Shown here: positions 9,158 through 16,521 of the stretch, piece after piece
Layout: each line of letters begins with the position of its first letter
How positions within the stretch are numbered: position 1 is the first letter of the stretch
Source: Chitinophagales bacterium
Lineage (GTDB): Bacteria; Bacteroidota; Bacteroidia; Chitinophagales; CAIOSU01
DNA: 64,000 nucleotides
Assembly: GCA_026003335.1 (NCBI GenBank)
Contig: BPHB01000004.1
Location: 2,316 to 66,315, forward strand
Reading direction: 5' to 3'
Translations under genes and position numbers: made by a program
Notes under the pieces: model-generated
What the model saw: only the letters and a program-made list of their open reading frames with translations
What the model was told of the DNA's origin: nothing
The model's database searches: none

Positions 9158-9310
9158 TCACCCTCTTGCCATTTGGATGATGCGGGTCATTATATGGATC
9201 GGGGCATATACGATGGCAAACCCGATCCACCCCATGACTATATATCGCCATGCCATACAGGCAATGGCGATAATTAATATAATTAATATAGATAAAATCA
9301 TCTTTCTCAT
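9158..9310 (-). CDS. 50-aa hydrophobic membrane peptide (not in the ORF track)
   Basis: Read by hand: MRKMILSILIILIIAIACMAWRYIVMGWIGFAIVYAPIHIMTRIIQMARG*. It fills the space exactly between two junction motifs. Confidence 0.7.
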   Translation of the reverse strand: MRKMILSILIILIIAIACMAWRYIVMGWIGFAIVYAPIHIMTRIIQMARG

Positions 9311-9587
9311 AGTTTATCTAAAAAAAGTTGCCTATGCAACTATCTTGCCCCTTACATAAGTACCGGTCAATCTAATCTATATATTTATCTCATCATCGCG
9401 GACCGGCAAGAATATTTTGGGCTCCCACAAAAAAAGGCTATCAATCACGATAGCCGTGCCGGTATTCACTGCTTGATTATACGGCGTGCGTGCGCCCATG
9501 TTGCCATGAACGTCCCGGCTCACGCCTCTTTACCCGCCAGCCGCAATGCAATGTCAAGCTCATCACAATGCGACCGAGCAACGTGCT

Positions 9588-9887
9588 TTACCGGGCTACC
9601 ACGTTCACCTGATAGGTGACAGGTGAGCCGGCGATTTCACGCACGCGCTCAACGGGGAGGTCTTTCCCTCTGTCCTCGGGCGTCAATGCCAAGGGCACCT
9701 CAGTGACCCGTTCGGCAAGTGCCGCGAGGTGGAGAGGCAACACCCCGATGACGTGACGACCGCGTACATCGTCAGCACTTGCGTGCGACAGTACGGGCGT
9801 GTCAGGGGTAATCAGCCCAATCTCCAAGAGGTAGTCAACCAGACCCTGATGGCGGGTGACGACGATAGTGTCAGTCATCCCATCCAT
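9588..9887 (-). CDS. csx16: Csx16-like protein (putative cyclic oligoadenylate ring nuclease)
   Basis: VVTRHQGLVDYL...DVRGRHVIGVLPLHLAA...PEDRGKDL matches the recalled Csx16 pattern (TRHxGA...VIGxLPxxLAA...RGxEL). Confidence 0.7.
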   Translation of the reverse strand: MDGMTDTIVVTRHQGLVDYLLEIGLITPDTPVLSHASADDVRGRHVIGVLPLHLAALAERVTEVPLALTPEDRGKDLPVERVREIAGSPVTYQVNVVAR

Positions 9888-10133
9888 TTTATCTAAGGTC
9901 CTAACTACCGGTGCGTTGAAATAGGAGACGCACCCCTCCCACCGAAATCATCTTTTTAAAAAAATATCTCTAATTCATTTTCGTTGTCCCACCAATAGTT
10001 GGCTATGCAACTACCCGGTGACAGCGATGCCCCCTTGCATGCTCTGTGGTTCTCCACGCCCACCATCACCACCGCTTGTCACCCCTGTCCATCACCACGC
10101 CGGTGGTTATGGATAGGTAGGCGGGGAAAAAAA

Positions 10134-10547
10134 GCGCCGGTGACAGGGGAGTATCGCGAATCACCCTGTCCCGGCGACCGGCGTGTGCACCCGCCGGCAC
10201 CAGGTCCTTGCCTACCTGGCGTTTTTTTACATCCACGTCCTTCCCGGGTACAGCAGTGGGCAAGGTCTCAACGGTTGAACCGTCACTGCTACTGCCGGGT
10301 GCAGCCATCCCGTACACATGCGTGCAGGGATGGTACCCCCATGAGTGCTCAGACTTACGCGGTGGCCAGCCGACCAATGCTTCTTGCGGCGAAGACATTG
10401 GCTCCTTCTCACCGGGTTTTACGTAACCGGTCCCATGGGCGACCGGTTACAACCATCGTTATGCCGATGGTACAGCTTCCCCATCCCGGGCGAAGCAACC
10501 CCATGCCCCATGTCGCTGTACGTGCGTCAGCCGACAGGGGCAGCCTG
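10134..10547 (-). ncRNA. putative structured ncRNA, copy B
   Basis: No credible ORF; bounded by junction motifs; shares conserved blocks and covarying stems with 10667..10985. Strand inferred from the junction orientation. Confidence 0.55.
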
Positions 10548-10561
10548 TTTTTTAAAAAAAA

Positions 10562-10653
10562 GGCCGGCGCCTATGCCGGGGGCCTGGGCGACAAGGAAAG
10601 GAGTCGCTTGCGCCCACCGGCACACATCCTTCTTTTAATGGTAGTTGTGCCGG
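10562..10653 (-). ncRNA. putative ~90-nt small RNA between two junction motifs
   Basis: Stems ccggcaca/tgtgccgg and tgggcg/cgccca plus a terminal hairpin; no ORF. Confidence 0.35.
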
Positions 10654-10666
10654 TTTTTTAAAAAAA

Positions 10667-10985
10667 GCGGGGATGCCGCTCGCCCAACGGCAGAGCCCCG
10701 CACACCAGTCCATCCTCTCCCCAATGCGATGGTAGGACGAAATCCCATCCATGTGGGGTACATGGGCACCTCCCGGGCGGTGCCGCACTCCCATGAGCGC
10801 TCGGTTTTACGGGTGGCCAGCCCAACCTATGCAATGCATAGGGAACCTTCTTCCACGGTTTTACGCAGCTCATCCCATGGGCGACTCGCTGCAACCCGTT
10901 CCTACGGACGGGGTCTACCTTGCGGGCATTTGGCAGACACGTGCGTGCCCCTGCCAAACCCGGCCTGCCCCAATAAGGGGCATTC
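10667..10985 (-). ncRNA. putative structured ncRNA, copy A
   Basis: Homologous to copy B with compensatory stem changes; bounded by junction motifs. Confidence 0.55.
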
Positions 10986-11022
10986 TTTTTTGAAAAAAAA
11001 CCGGGCATAGCCCGGGCCTGGG

Positions 11023-11331
11023 TCAGTCCTTGTTGGACTTGACCCAGTCTATGATTTTCTCGCCTATGCGCTCCCAGACGCAGGTGGCATAGGCGTCAAG
11101 GTAGAGTTCCCAAGCTTCCTTGGGAGCTCCATTTAACCAACCCGGGACTTCAAGTCCCGGCAATTCAAACACCCCCTTGTCGAAGGGGGTGGGGGTTGCA
11201 TATATAGATTTCCCGTTTGTATACATGGACGGGGAATCTATATTGACCCACCGAACGAGGGTCATAAACCCTCGTTTGGGGTCTCTATCGAAATCTTCGA
11301 TAGAGACCCCAACGGCGTTTATATACATCAT
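11023..11331 (-). CDS. hypothetical protein, first gene of the leftward array
   Basis: ATG 11331 (MMYINAVG) lies directly after a junction motif. Confidence 0.7.
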   Translation of the reverse strand: MMYINAVGVSIEDFDRDPKRGFMTLVRWVNIDSPSMYTNGKSIYATPTPFDKGVFELPGLEVPGWLNGAPKEAWELYLDAYATCVWERIGEKIIDWVKSNKD

Positions 11332-11565
11332 ATTTTTTTTCAAAAAAAACCCCCGTGCATAGGGGTTTTTGAAAAAAAACCGGGCGTAGCCCGGTGGTGC
11401 GAGGTGTGGGTCAGAAGTCTATTCGAGACTTCTGACCTCACACCTCTTAGAGGTGCGAACTCTCACCTCAAAGTTACTGCTGAGCTGCGAAGCTACCTGC
11501 TGACGCAAGTAGCTGTGCCGCTGCGCTCACGCCGTCACGGACGGCGGCGTGAGCGCGGGGTCTCT

Positions 11566-11742
11566 CCGAAGTGGGGACGTCCGTAGTGGACGCCCCCGTT
11601 TCGGGCGCCCCCGAAGTGGGGACGTCCGTAGTGGACGCCCCCGTTTCGGGCGCCCCCGAATAGTCGGGGGCACCCTTCGGGTGCCCCCGAATAGTCGGGG
11701 GCCCCCGTTTCGGGTGCCCCCGAAGTGGGGCACCCGTAGTGG
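11566..11742. repeat. GC-rich palindromic tandem array (about 15-bp period; exact 45-bp duplication)
   Basis: 11566-11610 is identical to 11611-11655 (ccgaagtggggacgt ccgtagtggacgccc ccgtttcgggcgccc), followed by ccgaatagtcggggg x2 and variants. Confidence 0.9.
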
Positions 11743-11830
11743 ATTACGTTTCCGTTTCGTACTCATACTGCTTTTAGGGGGGGGTTTTGTAACAGTCCCT
11801 TGAAGCGCTGCGTATAAAAAATAAAAAAAT

Positions 11831-11860
11831 AAAAAAGGGAGGGGTATTGGATCCCCTCCC
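11831..11860 (-). terminator. intrinsic terminator downstream of 11884..12396
   Basis: gggagggg/cccctccc stem followed by a T-tract on the - strand. Confidence 0.7.
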
Positions 11861-11883
11861 GGCGACACGCGATGGTGACTGTT

Positions 11884-12396
11884 TTATGATGAGAGGCGTG
11901 CTTCTGCGATCACGTATTCATCGACCGTGTTGGTAAGGGTGATGGCTGGTTTTTGGTATTCTTCAAGCAGGGTATTGAGGAGGAAGTCAGGGACGTTCTT
12001 TTTGCAGGCGTAGTGGGCGATGCCGTACAGTTTGTTGAGGAGGTCGTAGGGTGGAGCTTCGTAGTCGCCGTATTCGTCTGTTGACTGCCGGATGACAGAC
12101 AGCAGCTTATTTAGTGCGGCATTGAATGCCCGTGCGTTATATCCTTTTTTCAGTACGATACGGATGAAGGTAATGATGGAAGTGCGTGCCTGTGATTTCA
12201 TGACGTCTTTGATGTCTTCTTTCATCCCGTCAATGACCTTGCTTATTGCTATGGCATCCTCTATGTTATGGTCTTTTATTTCGGGCACGTAGAAGTTAAT
12301 ATGATCAAACAGTTTCGGACGTTTAGCCCCTGTCTTGGCGGCTATGTAGTCGTTATACAGCCCGAACATAAGATATGGCGTCCTTGCATTGATCAT
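11884..12396 (-). CDS. hypothetical protein
   Basis: 170-aa ORF with an A-rich upstream region and a terminator downstream. Confidence 0.75.
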   Translation of the reverse strand: MINARTPYLMFGLYNDYIAAKTGAKRPKLFDHINFYVPEIKDHNIEDAIAISKVIDGMKEDIKDVMKSQARTSIITFIRIVLKKGYNARAFNAALNKLLSVIRQSTDEYGDYEAPPYDLLNKLYGIAHYACKKNVPDFLLNTLLEEYQKPAITLTNTVDEYVIAEARLSS

Positions 12397-12421
12397 AGTT
12401 TTGGGTTTTATATGTTATGGA

Positions 12422-12820
12422 TTACATCGGTTCAGTTTGCGTTCCCGTGGTTGCTTGTGGGTCTTGGGCTATCTCCGGGCTTGACACCTCTACTTCTCTC
12501 AGTCCTATCCGTTTGAACAGGAAATTAAACATTCCTTCATTGATGAGTTTGTTGAGTTCAAGGTTTACTCTTGGTGACCGGAAATATACCGGCTGTCCAT
12601 TAAAGACGAAATAGTTGTTATACAGAGACATGTATTGGGTAAGGAAATTCAAGAGCGTTGACAGTTCTTGTTGCGTGGAAGCTTTAGGTATTTCTGGCGG
12701 TGTCTCATTCCCCAGTGCTTTTTCGATGTCATAGGTGATTGAATACTGAGAGTTTGGGTAGTCATAGATTACTCTCACTTCTGACTTGTCTTCTGTCAAA
12801 ATTATCTGATTCATAGTCAT
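12422..12820 (-). CDS. hypothetical protein
   Basis: 132-aa ORF, divergent from 12883. Confidence 0.75.
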   Translation of the reverse strand: MTMNQIILTEDKSEVRVIYDYPNSQYSITYDIEKALGNETPPEIPKASTQQELSTLLNFLTQYMSLYNNYFVFNGQPVYFRSPRVNLELNKLINEGMFNFLFKRIGLREVEVSSPEIAQDPQATTGTQTEPM

Positions 12821-12882
12821 TTAAGTTTTGGTTTAATGCATGTAAAATACTAAATTTAGCGTATGAAATCAAGGATTTTACT

Positions 12883-14442
12883 ATGAAAAATATATTTTCA
12901 GGCATTACCAGAGATACGCTGGAGAAGTTATCCCCTTCCCTTGTAGTAATGGATAACAGAGTGGTTGGCGACACTCACTATATGTGGTTACGTCCCAAGA
13001 TAGCCGATTTGGAGGAGTTTATTTTAAGCAAGGTAGAGAATGGAGACAGCGGGTTAAAGGCTGTTTCAAGAGAGTATTTATTAGCCGGCTATGAGGATGT
13101 GATGGACTCATACGGATATCTTAACGACTTGATCTATGCTGATATTCAGAATGTACACGGTCTTGATCGTCTCATGGTAGCCATCTCGGCCAATTATGCA
13201 AACACGCTTGAAATACCATTTGAATTATCTTTTTTATTCAGGGCCAAGAGAGCTTTAATATATATAGACCACACTTTATTTAAGAAGAACTACCTTCATA
13301 ACGTAGGCATATACAGTGGTCTTGGTCGCGAGTGTGTCATATACCCTTATTTGAACATAAACAATTTGTTTGGAGGCAAGCTTGAAGAGCTGACCATCAT
13401 GAGTGATGGTCCGGTAGCCGTAAGCACCGGACGTCATGTCTATGTACCACGCCTGCTTGCAAATGGCACTACTTATGGAGGCACTGACTCTTATTATGCT
13501 AACGTATTAACTGTCAAGGGGTGCAATACACAGACGCCCGTATTGCTTCCTGATGCGATAGGGTATAGCCCTAACGCATTCCCTTACAACTATGCCCATT
13601 TAGGTGTATTAAGCAAGGAGGTCCCTTACAGCCCATTGGATGCGGATGTGCCTTATGAGATAAGATTAAGCCCTGCCGGTTCAAACTACGACTATGCCGC
13701 ATTGAACACCAATCTTTATTACCATTATTGGGGTATGGATTCAGCTTATTTGACCCCTTTGATAGAGAAGGATAAATACTTGATGGGTTATTATTACGGC
13801 ATGCCCAACGGGGAACGCTCTGCCACGAACACCATCCTTGATGACGGCTTACATGTCTGCTTACCAAACCGTGCGGTAACCAATGCGACCCCATTCCAAA
13901 CCAATCTCTTAGTACCGGTCTATGACCTGTCAAGAGAAGACGGCATCCCCGGTGCTTGTGTGTATATAGCTATCGAATTCAAGCGCAGGGGCAAGTATTC
14001 AAACCTGTATTCTAATGGCACTTACAGGAACCCTGTCTGGGCGTCCGGTATAATACACACGCTTTTACCCGATGACGGAGACCCATATTCATTTAAGTTA
14101 GCCCCTTACAACAGCTTTGCCGCCGGATCTTACGATGTGCAAACGCGTATTAACCATGGACCCGTTGACGCCCCTTATACCGTCAAGGCAGACAGCAAGT
14201 ATGATGAACGTGGTGAATATGTGTGGATAAAGATGAAGCATGGCGATACGTCTGTGTTATATGACGTATCCATCCCTTTATCAAGTTGGTCCGGGCGAAA
14301 TGACTATCGTGCCGGAGGCATCAGTTATGTGTTGCATGAGGTGATCATCACGGCAGAAGAGCTTGACAAGGAGCAGGAGAATAAGCTAATCAGCTCAGTA
14401 AATAAATTATGGGGGACGGCATACCCATTGCGTGATGAATAA
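12883..14442 (+). CDS. hypothetical protein (Tyr/Gly/Asn-rich, possibly virion-associated)
   Basis: 519-aa ORF followed by a terminator. Confidence 0.75.
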   Translation: MKNIFSGITRDTLEKLSPSLVVMDNRVVGDTHYMWLRPKIADLEEFILSKVENGDSGLKAVSREYLLAGYEDVMDSYGYLNDLIYADIQNVHGLDRLMVAISANYANTLEIPFELSFLFRAKRALIYIDHTLFKKNYLHNVGIYSGLGRECVIYPYLNINNLFGGKLEELTIMSDGPVAVSTGRHVYVPRLLANGTTYGGTDSYYANVLTVKGCNTQTPVLLPDAIGYSPNAFPYNYAHLGVLSKEVPYSPLDADVPYEIRLSPAGSNYDYAALNTNLYYHYWGMDSAYLTPLIEKDKYLMGYYYGMPNGERSATNTILDDGLHVCLPNRAVTNATPFQTNLLVPVYDLSREDGIPGACVYIAIEFKRRGKYSNLYSNGTYRNPVWASGIIHTLLPDDGDPYSFKLAPYNSFAAGSYDVQTRINHGPVDAPYTVKADSKYDERGEYVWIKMKHGDTSVLYDVSIPLSSWSGRNDYRAGGISYVLHEVIITAEELDKEQENKLISSVNKLWGTAYPLRDE

Positions 14443-14458
14443 TAAGCTTCATTGCAGG

Positions 14459-14492
14459 CGGGGGTGTAGTGATGCTGCACCCCTGTTTTTTT
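14459..14492 (+). terminator. intrinsic terminator
   Basis: ggggtgtag/ctgcacccc stem followed by T7. Confidence 0.75.
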
Positions 14493-14562
14493 ATCTGTTA
14501 AGACTTGTAATTTTGGTAAATTTACTGTATATTTATAAAAGTAAAACTAAAATTGCAATAAT

Positions 14563-15333
14563 ATGAAAAAGGTTTGTTTGTTGGTATGGTTATTCGTTTG
14601 CCCGCTGGTTTCTTTTAGTCAGACCGATGGTGATTTCAGCCTTGAAGGGCTCATAATCCGGTGTTTGGATTCATTGGATAAGGACACTGTTTTGTTGTTC
14701 TTTGAAGAAGACCATTATCCGGAATTGCCTTTTGATGAATCCTTTTACGACTATATAAATGACTGTTACCTTTATTATTCAAGGGTTGTCCCTATTGTTT
14801 ATGTGTTTGCGACAAGGGATGGTAGCGGTAATGTATTGATCTTTGACTATGGGTATTTGTTGCCTACTGAGTTTTACTTCCTGACGATGGAAGGTGTCTT
14901 GGATATTCATTGCTTAATCAGTCATGACGGACACAGTGTGTATTGGATATACCGGACTGAGGTGGTTGACCAGGGCAAACTACCGCCACAACTGAGGGTT
15001 GATTCAAAAGGGTCATTTTACTTACAGTACGGAGACAGGAAGGTATCATTAAACCGGACGTCGGATATGGAGTCCGGTTATGCAAGTTCTGCTTTGGTGT
15101 GGAATTACCCCTCGCTTTTCCTGTGGCGCAAGTTTGACATACGCAAGGCTGAGGACAGGGACTGTCTTCACTTCCTTCTGAACCTTCCGGTAGGATATAA
15201 GATTTACAATGTAGATGATGCAGGAGTGGAGACGGAGGTTTTCAAAAGGAAGTATACTCTTGACAGGTTTCAGGAGTATATGTGCCGCCTATACTTCTTT
15301 TGGGAAAACAATTACTCAGCCTTGTCTAAATAA
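14563..15333 (+). CDS. putative exported protein with signal peptide
   Basis: MKKVCLLVWLFVCPLVSFS-Q, a Bacteroidota-style signal peptide with Gln at +1. Confidence 0.7.
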   Translation: MKKVCLLVWLFVCPLVSFSQTDGDFSLEGLIIRCLDSLDKDTVLLFFEEDHYPELPFDESFYDYINDCYLYYSRVVPIVYVFATRDGSGNVLIFDYGYLLPTEFYFLTMEGVLDIHCLISHDGHSVYWIYRTEVVDQGKLPPQLRVDSKGSFYLQYGDRKVSLNRTSDMESGYASSALVWNYPSLFLWRKFDIRKAEDRDCLHFLLNLPVGYKIYNVDDAGVETEVFKRKYTLDRFQEYMCRLYFFWENNYSALSK

Positions 15334-15479
15334 GACTTGTAATATTTCTTTGATTTTAGTAAAATATTGAACTCTGTCTAATTGTTTATTTTCTTTCCTG
15401 AAAGAGCACCGGGAGCTTCTCCTTGTGCTCTTTGTTTTCCTTGGAGACGTCTTGTCCGTATCACCCTCTCAGAAGCCCG

Positions 15480-16148
15480 GAAACGGGCTCAGGAGCGAAG
15501 ATCTGTTTTCGCAAGTATAATCTATCATCTCAACATGAGATCGTCGTTTATACGCCGTTTAAAAGGCTTGCAGCTGATTCCCCCTGTTTTTTTTGCTTTT
15601 GCCTTTAGTTTCTTTTAGCTACTCAAGCGTCTATAGCAACCCGGTGTTGCAACTACGCTACAGTACCCCGTTACTGTAGCACGCTATAGTAACACGTAGT
15701 TGTATATATTATATATTATATATATTATACTATAGCGTGTACTATAGCACGTAATTGTACCGGGGTACTATAGCGACACGTGGGATGCAGGCTTATATGC
15801 CTCTAAAGCATATAAGCCTGCATCCCTTACTGTAGCGGGGTATTGTATATTTAGAGACTTAAGATTATTTCAATAGAGAAAGACTTAGATAGCTATTATT
15901 AGCTATAAATCAGAGAATTATACTTGAATCCTTCATGGATACTTGAGATTTATTCTCTTGGATGCTTTAGTTTCAAAGAGAAGCTAAAGCCGGTTGGTTT
16001 TGCTTGGTTTTAGCTTTCATGATTTGAGCTTTTTGGTTAAGACCTTGTCAGAGCAACAGAAACGGGCTCAGGAGCGAAGATCTATTTTCGCAAGTATAAT
16101 CTATCATCTCAACATGAGATCGTCGTTTATACGCCGTTTAAAAGGCTT
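15480..16148. repeat. two 90-bp direct repeats flanking a palindrome/iteron-rich non-coding core (candidate origin or terminus)
   Basis: 15480-15569 and 16059-16148 differ at one base. Perfect 19-bp inverted repeat at 15782-15826, about 7 (ta)ct(a/g)tagc-like units, and a TA-only tract at about 15703-15729. Confidence 0.85.
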
Positions 16149-16189
16149 TCTTATGTGAGTATGTCATGCCTAAAAAAAAGTGCCTTTTT

Positions 16190-16222
16190 TATTGAAGCGA
16201 AGTATGGTTTTTGTTACTTTTG
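16190..16222 (+). promoter_or_regulatory. Bacteroidota-type promoter (TTG...TAnnTTTG)
   Basis: attg-N20-tacttttg upstream of the structural operon. Similar cttg-N20-tatattt elements lie before 14563 and 16522. Confidence 0.45.
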
Positions 16223-16244
16223 TATTGAAAACTGATTTAATGTT

Positions 16245-16472
16245 ATGCGTTTTAATGTCAGATTTAATCTCAAAGCTCTTTTATCAAAATCCGGGGTTAA
16301 GTACACTGCCTATGGATTAATCTTTACTTCACTGTTTACTTACCTGCTTGTCATTGGCAAGATTGACTCGGTTGCTTACACTTCTTTGATTACCCTCTTC
16401 TTGCCTTCGTTGTTTATGGAGGATTCAGATGATTCAGAGAACAAAAATGACTCTTCTGTTGAAGAAGCTTGA
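16245..16472 (+). CDS. small two-TM membrane protein (holin-like)
   Basis: Two hydrophobic segments and a charged C-terminal tail. Confidence 0.55.
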   Translation: MRFNVRFNLKALLSKSGVKYTAYGLIFTSLFTYLLVIGKIDSVAYTSLITLFLPSLFMEDSDDSENKNDSSVEEA

Positions 16473-16521
16473 CAGGTAATGAAGAATAATTTATATTTAC
16501 GAAGGACAAAAAAATAATGTT

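Larger units (their letters stand above)
71..11394 (-). repeat. Dispersed junction motif, about 23 copies: GC hairpin + T7-8 + A-run, usually just before an ATG
   Basis: + strand A-runs start at 82, 669, 1264, 1996, 2322, 2850, 3205, 3797, 4621, 5603, 6201, 6749, 8020, 9129, 9320, 9429, 9958, 10127, 10554, 10660, 10993, 11342 and 11372. Nearly all have a short inverted repeat on the right and most have a T-run on the left. Confidence 0.9.

Noticed and set aside
9990..10985. tRNA, tmRNA or a known riboswitch in the structured block
   Set aside because: I could not find a cloverleaf, T-loop consensus or recognisable aptamer core by eye; an Rfam search is needed to exclude them formally.
9999..11010. 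Overlapping 60-220-aa ORFs on both strands
   Set aside because: They are Pro/Arg/Gly-rich products of GC-rich structured DNA, run through junction motifs, and share no convincing conserved protein between the two homologous copies.
71..11394. Integron with attC cassettes
   Set aside because: No tyrosine recombinase in the window, and the junctions lack consistent RYYYAAC/GTTRRRY ends. Cassette-like exchange remains only a hypothesis.
11404..11868. ORFs over the palindromic array, or a mini-CRISPR there
   Set aside because: The ORFs are low-complexity translations of the repeats. The 15-bp units have no spacers.
15382..15618. Short ORFs overlapping the first 90-bp repeat
   Set aside because: Alternative start codons, no recognisable product, and location within the repeat/control region.
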